Below, piece after piece: positions 19,249 through 29,593 of a DNA stretch of 64,000 nt. Every line of letters starts with the position of its first letter. Position 1 is the first letter of the stretch. This stretch comes from a virus: positions 1 through 64,000 of the IMG/VR virus record IMGVR_UViG_3300042691_023183; one strand, written 5' to 3'. The notes beneath the pieces were generated by a model. It worked only from the letters and a program-made list of their open reading frames with translations. It had not been told where the DNA came from and did not search any database. A program made the translations under genes and the position numbers.

Positions 19249-21702
19249 ATGTCTACCAGATTCGTAGCACCATTTGAAATTCAACCATTCCCAAAGTACA
19301 TTCGTGACGAATTAGAACGTCGTGAACGTGATGTTGGAGTCAATTTCATTTCCAATACAGTCGCTAGTTGGGATGACAATGGAAACTGGAACACATACAA
19401 AGGACCGATGCGTTGTTGGGTCCGTGTGTGTTCAAACGGTATTGGTGATGTAAAATATGGATCCAAAGAAGGATTTGTATTTGGTGGTGCAAATGGTTTT
19501 TATAAAGATTACGGATTTGAACCAAAGGACTACAATAAAACCGAAACGGTATTGGGATTTACTCCGTCTGGAATTCCACACGTTATTGAAAATGAAAACA
19601 CCACAAACGGTATCATAAACAAACACGTTCCACCACCCGGAATAATAAGCGTTGACGCTGTGATGCAAAAGTCAATGTATCGTCAAATTACGATCAAGTG
19701 GAAGTGTTATTCAAAAGATCACTTGAACTACATGACACCATATTTAATGTCTCCGGGTGTTTCGATGTTTATTGAGTGGGGGTGGAATCATTATAATCCA
19801 CAGTCATTGTTGAATTTGACTGATATTGGTCGTCCTGCAATAATGAAAGATTCTACTTCGGATAAAACGCCTGGCCCAAGCGGTGATCCAGATGATCCTA
19901 GAAAAACAAAAGGATTTGGTCTATTGGGAATTTATACAGATCCTTTGGAACAACAACTGATTGTAGAAGATGGTAAAGGTCTATATGATTTGACTTGCGG
20001 TATCATCACCAGTTTTGATTATTCACTTCAACCAGATGGATCTTACGATTGTACAACCGAAGTAAAGAGTAATAGTTTTATATACAGCGGTGTACAAACA
20101 CGTAGCAACGCTTTGGCATCATCCTCACCTGCGGATAACAAAGGAAATAAAAAGCCAGAACCGGTGCAAGATCTAAAGGGATATATTGAGAAACAGTTTA
20201 AATCGTTGCCAAAGACAGTATTAACCGGTTTGAATGGTACTACACCATTGTTTCCATTACCGGGATGGCCGGGGCCAGAAACACGTGTGTTCATTCCACG
20301 TAATTTGGACACGTCAAACGATCCACGTACAAAGGTTGATAACGTAACCAAGTACAGTTTTGATTCGGGTGCAAACGATGAGTTCTGGATCACCATGGGA
20401 CTTTTTGTTGATTTGATTAACAAATTCTGTAAGGGAGTATCTGACAATACTGGTGCTACATTTAATCAAGTTGATATTAAATCATCATGGATTGGTGGAC
20501 ATAAGAACATGATTAGTACTGATGGCAAAGTGTTATTGATACCAAATTCACAGGCACCAAATATTTCACCGTCTGTTCAAGATCGTGGCAATTCAAAATT
20601 TTATAATACTCCTGATACTCAAAAGAGTGGTCCAGATCCAGCTGCAGTGAGTGAGCCTGATAAAACATTAGATTCAGTATTTGGTAGCAACACTCGTCAA
20701 GATCTAAATGAGATCGTTAACTATTTTAGAATAAACAACGGTGGACAAAATCCAGCGGACGTAGAATTTCCTTCCAAATCATACGATTATACTCTGGGTA
20801 AACTAGAAAACTTATATATTCATAAAGATTTAGTTATCAAAGCAATTGAAAAATCTGAAACGGTAACTGACATATTGAACTTTGTATTGAACAAAATTTC
20901 AGAGGCAGTAAATGGTTTTTGGAAGTTTAGTTTGATTCAATATGGTCCATCCAATTCTTTATTGTCTATTATTGATACCGAGTGTTTTAGTTTGAAACGT
21001 TTACAAGAATTGAATTCTGATAAACGTCCTTACTTATACTTTTTCAAGAATAGAGCTAGCAGAAACAATATTCAGGCACTAAACTTTAGTGTTAAGTTGA
21101 GTGATAAGGTTGCGACTACTGTATTGTATAATTCTCCGAAGGATAACAAAACATCTGTACCGTTGAAGAATCCATTTGGGTTCGTCACCAGAGATAGATT
21201 TTTTCAAATTACAAATGACGCTTCGTATTTGACACCATACGATAAAGAACTTTTGACAAAACAGAATCAGAATCTTGAAGCAGAACGTAAACGTTTGGAT
21301 GACAAACGTAGAGATCAAATCAAAAAGGAACGTGATGTTAAAGATGGAGCGTATATCTATGGTGTTATAACCCGTGAAAACGGTCAAGAAAAGACGTATA
21401 TTCGTAAGTTGGTATTGACTGAAAAGGATTTGTTTACCCTATTAGTTAACGATAAAGATCCAGCAAATGGATCAATTAACTCCTTTCCACAACCGGGAAT
21501 CAAAGCGGAAATAACGGTTACTGGCATTGGTGGAATGAAAACATTCCAAATTTTCGGAATTGACAATTTGCCAGAACCGTATGATAAAGATATATTGTTT
21601 CAGATTGAAGATGTGAAACACAGTTTACAGAGCAATGGACAGTGGACTACGACTATTACGGCTGGTATACGTCCTACAAAAGGATTGAATGTCAAGTTAT
21701 GA
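19249..21702 (+). CDS. Baseplate hub protein (gp27/gpD-like)
   Basis: PPPGIISVD, MFIEWGW, ITSFDYSLQPDGSYDCTT, C-term AEITVTGIGG..FQI.DVKHSL..WTTTI; synteny after LysM gene. Confidence 0.65.
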   Translation: MSTRFVAPFEIQPFPKYIRDELERRERDVGVNFISNTVASWDDNGNWNTYKGPMRCWVRVCSNGIGDVKYGSKEGFVFGGANGFYKDYGFEPKDYNKTETVLGFTPSGIPHVIENENTTNGIINKHVPPPGIISVDAVMQKSMYRQITIKWKCYSKDHLNYMTPYLMSPGVSMFIEWGWNHYNPQSLLNLTDIGRPAIMKDSTSDKTPGPSGDPDDPRKTKGFGLLGIYTDPLEQQLIVEDGKGLYDLTCGIITSFDYSLQPDGSYDCTTEVKSNSFIYSGVQTRSNALASSSPADNKGNKKPEPVQDLKGYIEKQFKSLPKTVLTGLNGTTPLFPLPGWPGPETRVFIPRNLDTSNDPRTKVDNVTKYSFDSGANDEFWITMGLFVDLINKFCKGVSDNTGATFNQVDIKSSWIGGHKNMISTDGKVLLIPNSQAPNISPSVQDRGNSKFYNTPDTQKSGPDPAAVSEPDKTLDSVFGSNTRQDLNEIVNYFRINNGGQNPADVEFPSKSYDYTLGKLENLYIHKDLVIKAIEKSETVTDILNFVLNKISEAVNGFWKFSLIQYGPSNSLLSIIDTECFSLKRLQELNSDKRPYLYFFKNRASRNNIQALNFSVKLSDKVATTVLYNSPKDNKTSVPLKNPFGFVTRDRFFQITNDASYLTPYDKELLTKQNQNLEAERKRLDDKRRDQIKKERDVKDGAYIYGVITRENGQEKTYIRKLVLTEKDLFTLLVNDKDPANGSINSFPQPGIKAEITVTGIGGMKTFQIFGIDNLPEPYDKDILFQIEDVKHSLQSNGQWTTTITAGIRPTKGLNVKL

Positions 21703-22076
21703 TTGAACTTAGTAAATACATTAATTTAGCGGGGGATATAATACCGTCTGTATTTCCACGGGCGTATTTGTTTTCATCTGCGGATATTGATTATAGCATT
21801 CAATATACTCGTCGTTATTTTGTAAAAAAGGTTAACGACAATGACATTGTGGAAGTGAAAGGTGATAACTTTAAAACTATTCCGGAAAACATCTATCAAA
21901 AGACAAGTATTACTTGGCAAGTTTCTGGAATTGAAAGAAACCTTATAAAAAATGGTAAAGTTATTCAGGAGGGTGCTTACGAGTATAACCGTAAACAGGT
22001 AGCGTTGGCTGAAAAATACATGTCGGGACTAACGTTGAAGATCAGTGAAAATTATTTGAACGGTTTTAAAGGTTGA
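21699..22076 (+). CDS. Hypothetical baseplate-associated protein
   Basis: ATG overlaps hub stop (ATGA); DY..YTRRYFVKKVND, ITWQVSG. Confidence 0.55.
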   Translation: MIELSKYINLAGDIIPSVFPRAYLFSSADIDYSIQYTRRYFVKKVNDNDIVEVKGDNFKTIPENIYQKTSITWQVSGIERNLIKNGKVIQEGAYEYNRKQVALAEKYMSGLTLKISENYLNGFKG

Positions 22077-22101
22077 CATTTGACCAAGTTAATGTTATCG
22101 T
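22073..22101 (+). promoter_or_regulatory. Sigma70-type promoter of the PolA-like gene
   Basis: TTGACA-N17-TATCGT with extended -10 TG; GTG start 9 nt downstream. Confidence 0.55.
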
Positions 22102-22110
22102 CACCGTTGA

Positions 22111-23454
22111 GTGAATCGTCTTAAAAAAATTGTATCGGAGATTGGAAAGAAAGACATCATTTTGGATGTGGTTCCGATGTCTGATTTTAGACATCCAGCG
22201 TCAAACGATCCGTGTTTGGTGTTGATCAAGGTTGTATCAAGTAGTAAGTGGTATACTATTCATATCAACACATATGACACCACAGAGTTTGTGTCAAAAG
22301 ATGATGTTGTTGATCAACTCAATAATGTTCGTGGACGTATCTTTTGCTTTTCCAAACGGAAGGTACTTCATATGTTGAAGATAAACAACCTTCATGATTT
22401 GTCTTTGGCATCATTTATTGAATCCGGTGATATTGTTGATCAAGACGAATATGACACCGCGTCACATATCTTTTTTAGAAACAAGTATAATCATCATATT
22501 GAACTGAATAAGATTGTACCTGTTAATAATCACATCTCACGATTTCTTGACATGTGTGAAGATGTAGAGGTTCATATTAAGAAGACGTATGATGATTCTT
22601 ATCACAAAGTTAATACTTCGATTATAGAAACTTTACAGTCTATTGAATCACATGGACTGTGTGTTGATATGACGGAGTTTGAGAAACACTTTGCTGACAA
22701 GAAACATTTGGTGGTAAATAACCGCATATATACCGAGTATAATATTTTTACTTCAACTGGTCGTCCCAGCAATCGTTTTGGTGGTATCAACTATTCAGCG
22801 TTGAACAAGGAAAACGAATGTCGTAAGAGTTTTGTATCAAGGTTTGGGGATGACGGTGTTTTGGTGATGTTGGATTATAGTGCGTACCATCCTCATATTA
22901 TTGGCAAGTTGATTCGATACGACTTTCCTAAAGATGTTAACATTTATCAATATTTGGGTCGATATTACTTCAAATCCGAAGATCTTTCCGAAGATCTTGT
23001 GAAGAAGTCGAAAACGTTAACGTTCCAACAATTGTATGGTTCTATCTCTGATGAATACCTCAAGATTCCGTATTTTGCGAAGATCCGTGAGTACATTGAT
23101 CACCGGTGGGATTTCTTCAAGAACTTTGGGTATATTGAGACTCCTATCTTTAAACGTCCCATAACGTCAAATCATTTGAAGGATTCCAATCCAAACAAGT
23201 TATTTAACTACATTCTTCAAGCGTCTGAAACTGAGTATTCGATGCAAAGTTTGATGGATGTAAATCGTTATCTTAGTGATAAACAGACCAAACCTATTTT
23301 GTACACTTACGATTCGATGTTGTTTGATGTACACAAGAGTGAAGGTAAACAAGGGGTTTTACTGGAGATTATACGGTTAATGGAAAATCAAGGATTTCCA
23401 ACAAAGTGTTATACTGGTAAGAACTATCATGACATGACTCCAGTATCTATTTAA
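22111..23454 (+). CDS. Short divergent family A DNA polymerase
   Basis: TSTGRPSN, motif A LDYSAYHP, motif B KTLTFQQLYG, NYILQASE, motif C YTYDSMLFD. Confidence 0.8.
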   Translation: MNRLKKIVSEIGKKDIILDVVPMSDFRHPASNDPCLVLIKVVSSSKWYTIHINTYDTTEFVSKDDVVDQLNNVRGRIFCFSKRKVLHMLKINNLHDLSLASFIESGDIVDQDEYDTASHIFFRNKYNHHIELNKIVPVNNHISRFLDMCEDVEVHIKKTYDDSYHKVNTSIIETLQSIESHGLCVDMTEFEKHFADKKHLVVNNRIYTEYNIFTSTGRPSNRFGGINYSALNKENECRKSFVSRFGDDGVLVMLDYSAYHPHIIGKLIRYDFPKDVNIYQYLGRYYFKSEDLSEDLVKKSKTLTFQQLYGSISDEYLKIPYFAKIREYIDHRWDFFKNFGYIETPIFKRPITSNHLKDSNPNKLFNYILQASETEYSMQSLMDVNRYLSDKQTKPILYTYDSMLFDVHKSEGKQGVLLEIIRLMENQGFPTKCYTGKNYHDMTPVSI

Positions 23455-23504
23455 AAAGGAAGGTTTTCATGTAAGACGCAATATTTATTAAATATTGTGT
23501 CATC

Positions 23505-25175
23505 ATGAATAAAGATAAAATCATCAAAGATATACTTTTAGAGTATTCAGTGCTTTCAAAAACTGGCGGTATTGACAAATTGGATCATGATTTGTTGGTT
23601 ACTGCAATCGAAAATTGTGGTTATGCTTCTTATTTTTCAATACCAAAATTGGTCAACGAAATTGAAAGTAAGAAAGAAAACCCCGGATTATCTAATGATG
23701 ATATTGCGTTGATCAATCAAATTATAGGCAAAGGATCTGCTCAACAATCACGTGTATTATTTGATGACGATGATTTAAAGACACTTGATTTGGATGATCC
23801 ACGTAATAAACCTGCTACATTATTTCCAAAAGACCGTGGACAAGCGGAGTTAACTTACAATGAATTGATACAGATTGGAAAAGATAATGGCGGATTAAAG
23901 ATACTTCATAGTCCAAGTTCATTGAGAATTGCCACAGTCAAAGGTGGTCGTCGTCTTTCTAATATCAATACCACACATGGTATTAAAGATGGCAGCAAAA
24001 CTTTCGGACAACTTATGTTGTTTTTGAAATTGGCAAAAGAACACAAAAACATGATTACTCTGGGTATTGAGTCAGCCGCACCTGGCTTAACCGGGGAAGT
24101 CATTGCAGTTAATCATATAAACGACTGGTTTAAAAAGAATAATCCAGAACAACAACCATTCAGATTGCATTTTTGGGATAAGACTGAACGTGTTCCAACA
24201 GGAGTTGAAGTTGATGACGCTGTTCATATCGTTGGTAAGAATAAAGCAGATATTGCTCTACGTAATCAAAACTCAGAAGTATTTTGGATTTCATTTAAAG
24301 GAGCTGAGTTTGATCCAAGACAATTCGTACAACGTGTAGATAGAGTAGATTTCCCACAGTATTCGGGAATGTTGGGATTGGACGATTCGTTTACTGATGG
24401 AAAAGTAAAAGCAGCGTGGGATAGTATTAAAATGACGTTTTTGAATGGAATTAAGAAAAACTATACTGTTCCACCATTGTTGATTAACCCAAGGAAGACC
24501 ACGTTTGATGAAAATAAAGTGGTAATAAATCTTAATGGAAAATCTGCACTTGAAACCATCGGTCCAAATGCTGAATTTTACACTCGGTTAACTTCAGATT
24601 TCCGTAAGATGTTTTATGACTTCGTAACCACGCCTTCTTCCGGTAAGAAGTATTTGTACTATATGGGTGACAAGTTTGAAGGCCATCTTGATTTCTTGGA
24701 TGGTAGTGAAGCAACCAGAATCATAGCTGGTAAAACAATTTACGGACGTGACTTTGATATTAAAGGTAAAGCGCCGTTTGGACAAAACAATTGTAGTATT
24801 TTGATGCACAGTCACGCCACTGTGGAAATGAAGGTAATTCATCCAGAAGATATGGAAACGATGCCTTCACGTGATCCAAAAGATATTGGTTCTATTAACT
24901 GGGTTAAAGCAAACGCTTCAAATGCCACAAGCGAAAGTCATTTGTTGATTAGTACCACTGAAGGTGGTCAACTTTGGTTTAATCCAAATCTACCTCTTCC
25001 AAAAGACGCGGCTGATCCTATTTTGAAATACCGACCAACTCTTAGTTGCAGATCTGGAACAGACGAAGCAGCGGTATTAAAGTTTGGTAATGATGAATAT
25101 ATGTTTATGAAGTTCAGAGTAGTTGTATGGCCTTTAGCAAAAGTAGGCAGCTCATCCGTAAATCTAAAGAAATAA
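23505..25175 (+). CDS. Hypothetical protein with PD-(D/E)xK-like nuclease motif
   Basis: GE..AV..IN helix followed by KADIAL..VFWISFK; TATTTAT upstream. Confidence 0.45.
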   Translation: MNKDKIIKDILLEYSVLSKTGGIDKLDHDLLVTAIENCGYASYFSIPKLVNEIESKKENPGLSNDDIALINQIIGKGSAQQSRVLFDDDDLKTLDLDDPRNKPATLFPKDRGQAELTYNELIQIGKDNGGLKILHSPSSLRIATVKGGRRLSNINTTHGIKDGSKTFGQLMLFLKLAKEHKNMITLGIESAAPGLTGEVIAVNHINDWFKKNNPEQQPFRLHFWDKTERVPTGVEVDDAVHIVGKNKADIALRNQNSEVFWISFKGAEFDPRQFVQRVDRVDFPQYSGMLGLDDSFTDGKVKAAWDSIKMTFLNGIKKNYTVPPLLINPRKTTFDENKVVINLNGKSALETIGPNAEFYTRLTSDFRKMFYDFVTTPSSGKKYLYYMGDKFEGHLDFLDGSEATRIIAGKTIYGRDFDIKGKAPFGQNNCSILMHSHATVEMKVIHPEDMETMPSRDPKDIGSINWVKANASNATSESHLLISTTEGGQLWFNPNLPLPKDAADPILKYRPTLSCRSGTDEAAVLKFGNDEYMFMKFRVVVWPLAKVGSSSVNLKK

Positions 25176-25176
25176 C

Positions 25177-25854
25177 ATGAAAAAGATTTATAAGAATGTT
25201 TCTGAGTTGTTGTCGGAACTTTGTCTTGATAGACGAGTTGATGACGGCATATTTGATATTTTCAACAACGATCATATGGATATCCTAAGAGAGAAGCTCT
25301 CTGAAATGGGAATTCCAAAAGGAGAAGTTGTTGAATTGGCAAATAAAGTTATTGAAGGTAAATACCCAGAGAGACAAGCTTATAACTCAAAGGGTATATT
25401 GGTCACGTTTCCGAACCCGGAATACAAACAACGTGCGATAAAGCGTGGAACTCATTTTGAAGAGGATCCTACAAAAGGCCAAACCAACTTGGATTTTAAC
25501 GCTCCTGCACAACCAGTACAAGAACCAACATCACCTAATGAAAAACCTATCGAAATTGAGCCAGGTGCTCAACAATCTAATCAACAAGTTCAAGGGCAAG
25601 ACCCAATGCAAGGACAAGGTGGAAGTTCAACCGGAAGTCAAACCGATGATCTTGCCACAAGAAGCCCCGATCAAAAAGAAAAAGACGCAGAGGAAGTCGA
25701 AAAAATCTTAACGACTGAATTTACGTTGGAAGAAGCCGCAACTCACAATTGGATTCGTAACAAAAATCGGTGGTATAATGCCGATGGTCAATTGGTGGGA
25801 TATGAGTGGTACAATGTAGACAGCCACAAAACAACAATATTATCTGTTAGATGA
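25177..25854 (+). CDS. Hypothetical protein
   Basis: 225-aa ORF; N-terminal helical segment resembles that of 23505; Gln/Pro/Gly-rich linker. Confidence 0.6.
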   Translation: MKKIYKNVSELLSELCLDRRVDDGIFDIFNNDHMDILREKLSEMGIPKGEVVELANKVIEGKYPERQAYNSKGILVTFPNPEYKQRAIKRGTHFEEDPTKGQTNLDFNAPAQPVQEPTSPNEKPIEIEPGAQQSNQQVQGQDPMQGQGGSSTGSQTDDLATRSPDQKEKDAEEVEKILTTEFTLEEAATHNWIRNKNRWYNADGQLVGYEWYNVDSHKTTILSVR

Positions 25855-26243
25855 AAGATACACAATTACTTTGTACGTTTGCGGTTCCTACTGAATACAA
25901 ACCCTTGGTGGAACAGATTAAATCATTTTACACATTATCCAATAATAAGATTTTTGTGTTCAATAATGAGAAAAATAACAATGAATTGTATCTGACATAT
26001 AATATCTTACACGGTGAGGCAGCTCGTCAAAAGCTGCCTAACACTATTTCTATACATCGTAAAAAACAAACCAATACTTTGTATACTTTAAATGCCATGA
26101 ATAAACTCATTACCGAGGAAAATAATGGCGTTTTTGATAAAACATACCAGTTGAATTGGGAATATTATAACAACTCTTTAATTATAACAAATGAGGTCTC
26201 AGTTAAAATAATTCCCCTCAAAATTTTCGATATTATAAGTTGA
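25851..26243 (+). CDS. Conserved-looking phage hypothetical protein
   Basis: ATGA-coupled; TQLLCTF..IHRKKQTNTLYTLNAMN. Confidence 0.6.
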   Translation: MKDTQLLCTFAVPTEYKPLVEQIKSFYTLSNNKIFVFNNEKNNNELYLTYNILHGEAARQKLPNTISIHRKKQTNTLYTLNAMNKLITEENNGVFDKTYQLNWEYYNNSLIITNEVSVKIIPLKIFDIIS

Positions 26244-26268
26244 AAGTTTGGGAAATCCGTACTATAGT
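26240..26268 (+). promoter_or_regulatory. Sigma70-type promoter of the SSB gene
   Basis: TTGAAA-N17-TATAGT. Confidence 0.55.
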
Positions 26269-26355
26269 TATACCAGAATTAGTTACACGTGGGTGTGTCC
26301 GAGTGGATACAAACAGTTAGCTAATTACTAATTAACAATTAATAAATAAACAATT

Positions 26356-27198
26356 ATGGCAATTGACTTGTCGAAGATTAAGAGCCGTTTGAACTCTCTT
26401 TCAAACACGAATTCCAAGACCCAACTCATTTGGAAGCCAAAGCCGGGTAAGCAAACAATTCGTATCGTCCCATATAAGTACCAACCTGATGCGCCGTTCA
26501 TCGAACTCAAGTTCCATTACGGTATCAACAACAAGACCTATCTGTCTCCGGATAGTTTCAATCGTCCCGATCCTATCGTTGAGTTTAGCAATCGACTCAA
26601 GAAGACTGGTTCCAAGGAAGATTGGCAGACTGGTCGTAAGATGGAACCCAAGATGCGTACTTTCGCTCCTGTCATCGTTCGTGGTGAAGAGCATGAGGGT
26701 GTGAAGTTCTGGGGATTCGGAAAGCAGGTCTATCAGGAGATCCTTTCTGTTATGGCCGATCCTGATTACGGTGATATTACCGATCTCGCCTCTGGACGAG
26801 ATATCGTCGTAGAGTTCCGTACCGCCGAGGAGAGTGGTAAGAATTATCCCGAAACTTCAATTCGTGTGAAGCCTAACGCTACACCCGCTGTTGATCCGAA
26901 GGATACGAGGTTGATTGAGTCGATCAAGAATCAGACTGACATTCTTGATTTGTTCCCCGAACCTAAGTACGAGGAACTTAAGGAGGTTATGACCTCTTGG
27001 CTAAATCCGGAGAATGCTCCTGCTGAGACCGTTAGCAACGCTGTTGTTGACGAGGATGATACTCAGCCAGTTGCAGCCGCCGCTGCGGTTCAAGCTGCTA
27101 CGCCTCCAAAGGCAACCAGCAAGTCTCCTACTGCTAGTGCCGCAAAGACAAATACAGACGACCTTACCAAGGCGTTTGACAATTTGTTCAATAGTTAA
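26356..27198 (+). CDS. Single-stranded DNA-binding protein (T4 gp32-like)
   Basis: WKP..G...IRIVP, PF..LKFHY, KFWGFGK.VY, DITD...GRD, acidic/low-complexity tail ending AFDNLFNS; upstream of recA. Confidence 0.85.
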   Translation: MAIDLSKIKSRLNSLSNTNSKTQLIWKPKPGKQTIRIVPYKYQPDAPFIELKFHYGINNKTYLSPDSFNRPDPIVEFSNRLKKTGSKEDWQTGRKMEPKMRTFAPVIVRGEEHEGVKFWGFGKQVYQEILSVMADPDYGDITDLASGRDIVVEFRTAEESGKNYPETSIRVKPNATPAVDPKDTRLIESIKNQTDILDLFPEPKYEELKEVMTSWLNPENAPAETVSNAVVDEDDTQPVAAAAAVQAATPPKATSKSPTASAAKTNTDDLTKAFDNLFNS

Positions 27199-27209
27199 AC
27201 AACACTAAT

Positions 27210-27246
27210 AGGAGAGGTGGTGGGTAAACTGCCACCTCTCCTTTTT
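27210..27246 (+). terminator. Intrinsic terminator after SSB
   Basis: AGGAGAGGTGG...CCACCTCTCCT stem plus T run. Confidence 0.85.
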
Positions 27247-27262
27247 CATTTCAATAAAAGTT

Positions 27263-28453
27263 ATGGCAGAAGAAACACCGAAAAAGAAAAAGGGAACAAC
27301 ACATGTTACCCATGAAGTTTCGTCACAGAGAGATGAACTAGTTGAATCTCTTGCTGATGTTCTAAACAAGGCCAACAAGGACGCGGGTAAGTGTGCGTTC
27401 TTCTTGGATCAAAAGGAAGATCCGTCTACAATTACGGATTGGATCAGTACAGGTTGCGATATCTTGGATCTCGCAATTTCAAATCGTCCACATGCAGGTA
27501 TTCCTGTTGGACGTATTACAGAAATTACCGGACTTGAAGCCTCTGGTAAGAGTTTGTTGGCTGCACATTTGCTTGCTGAAACCCAGAAGAAGGGCGGACT
27601 TGCTGTATTTATCGATACAGAACAATCTGTTTCTCAGGACTTTTTGGCTGCAATTGGAGTTGATGTTCCAAAGATGTTGTATGTTGCTGCTCACACAGTA
27701 GAAGATATCTTTGAAAAGATTGAGACTTTGATTGCGCACGTTCGTAAGTCGAACCGTGATCGTCTTGTTACAATCGTTGTCGATAGTGTTGCTGCTGCTT
27801 CAACCAAGGCAGAATTGGAAGCGGATCATGGTAAGGACGGTTTTGCTACCGGAAAAGCCATTATCATTTCCAAGGCAATGCGCAAGATCAATGATATGAT
27901 TGGTAAGCAACGTATTGCGTTGGTTTTCACCAATCAACTACGTGTAAATCTTCAGGCAGCGATGTTTGGAGACAAGTATATTACCAGTGGTGGTAAGGCT
28001 ATTCAATATCATGCTAGTGTACGTCTTCGTTTGAAGGGTATGGGAGCATTGAAGGTTACTCAAAATGGAGAACCTGCACATATTGGTGTCAAGACAAGGG
28101 CAGTTGTTGTCAAGAACCGTATGGGACCACCTATGAGATTTGCTGATTTTAGCATATTCTTTGATAGTGGCATTGATAATTATGGCAACTGGATTGAAGT
28201 GTTGAAGAAGCACTCAATTATCACTGGAGCCAAGTCACCTTACAATTACACCAAGAACAATGGTGAAACTGTCAAGATTGATACCAAGACGTTTGCCAAG
28301 GACATGAAGACTGATGCAGAACTTCGTGAGGAGTTGTATCAAAAGATTGCCGAGGTTACGATCATGAAGTATAAGTCACCTGATAGTGAAATTCGTGAGG
28401 ATGTGGAAGTTGATTCTTCCGAAGATGCAGAAGAAGTTGGTGGAGAAGAATAA
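27263..28453 (+). CDS. recA: RecA/UvsX recombinase
   Basis: ISTG..LDLA, GRITEITGLEASGKS (Walker A), FIDTE, IVVDSVAA, FTNQLR, SGGKAI, VVKNR. Confidence 0.95.
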   Translation: MAEETPKKKKGTTHVTHEVSSQRDELVESLADVLNKANKDAGKCAFFLDQKEDPSTITDWISTGCDILDLAISNRPHAGIPVGRITEITGLEASGKSLLAAHLLAETQKKGGLAVFIDTEQSVSQDFLAAIGVDVPKMLYVAAHTVEDIFEKIETLIAHVRKSNRDRLVTIVVDSVAAASTKAELEADHGKDGFATGKAIIISKAMRKINDMIGKQRIALVFTNQLRVNLQAAMFGDKYITSGGKAIQYHASVRLRLKGMGALKVTQNGEPAHIGVKTRAVVVKNRMGPPMRFADFSIFFDSGIDNYGNWIEVLKKHSIITGAKSPYNYTKNNGETVKIDTKTFAKDMKTDAELREELYQKIAEVTIMKYKSPDSEIREDVEVDSSEDAEEVGGEE

Positions 28454-28458
28454 ATGTT

Positions 28459-29523
28459 ATGAGTTTTAACCAAGATGAAAAGAAAAGATTGTTCTCTATT
28501 TTTGAGAACGTTTCACAAGAAGACAGAGACAGTTTATCAAACCGAAGTCAAAATTCGGATATTCTCTTGGTTGATGGACTAAATACATTTATCCGCGCAT
28601 ATTCGGTGATGCCGTCCATGAATGAAGATGGACTTCACACGGGCGGCATCGCCGGTTTCTTAAAGAGTGTGGGTTATGCAATCAAATTGCTTAACCCCAC
28701 TCGTTGTGTTATTATTTTTGATGGTAACGGTGGTAGTATGAAACGTAGAAAGATTTACCCACCTTATAAGGAAAAACGTCACACCAAGATTCGTTTGAAT
28801 CGAGCATATTCAGAACTTTCAACAAGTGATTTGGAAGAAAAGAATATGAAAGCACAGTTAATGCGTTCTGTGCATTATTTGGATTGTTTGCCAATCTCAA
28901 CAATGGCAATTGATCACGTTGAAGCAGATGATACAATTGCATACATCGCTCAACAATATTATAAAGATAGCAATGTCAGCATTATGAGTGCTGATAAAGA
29001 TTTCCTACAGTTGGCAAGTGATAAGATCAAGGTATGGAGTCCTACAAAGAAAAAGTTGTATGGATGTGCTGAGATTTTGAATGAGTATGGTATTGGCTGT
29101 CAAAATTTTATTTGGTACCGAGTTTTGGAAGGTGATGTATCAGATAATATTGATGGAATCAATGGTGCTGGACTAAAAACCATCATCAAGTGTTTTCCAT
29201 TTTTTGCCGAGAATCGACATGTAGAACTGAATGAGATTTATAATTACTGTGAAAATAATTCCAGTAAATACAAGCTGTATAGAACAATTCTGGACAATAA
29301 AGATATTGTTGAAAGAAACTATACGCTCATGCAATTGAAAGAAACTGAAATTCAGAGTTTTTCACAACTCCGTATCAACGAAATATTGGATTTGCCAAAT
29401 AAGAAGTTGGACCGTATTGGCTTTTCCAAACTGGTTACCGAAGATAAAATGTGGAATAACATTCCCAACTACCAAATTTGGCTCAACGAGTGTTTTGGTA
29501 AGTTGACCACGCTGGTAAGATAA
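28459..29523 (+). CDS. 5'-3' exonuclease / T4 RNase H-like flap nuclease
   Basis: LVDGLN, IFDG, R..IYP.YK..R, EADD, SADKDFLQL, GDVSDNI.G..GAG.KT. Confidence 0.9.
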   Translation: MSFNQDEKKRLFSIFENVSQEDRDSLSNRSQNSDILLVDGLNTFIRAYSVMPSMNEDGLHTGGIAGFLKSVGYAIKLLNPTRCVIIFDGNGGSMKRRKIYPPYKEKRHTKIRLNRAYSELSTSDLEEKNMKAQLMRSVHYLDCLPISTMAIDHVEADDTIAYIAQQYYKDSNVSIMSADKDFLQLASDKIKVWSPTKKKLYGCAEILNEYGIGCQNFIWYRVLEGDVSDNIDGINGAGLKTIIKCFPFFAENRHVELNEIYNYCENNSSKYKLYRTILDNKDIVERNYTLMQLKETEIQSFSQLRINEILDLPNKKLDRIGFSKLVTEDKMWNNIPNYQIWLNECFGKLTTLVR

Positions 29524-29593
29524 AAGTTAAAATAAGTATACTACAGATGATACATGACCTATACTGTGGTCGTGTAATAGAAGAATATTAATT

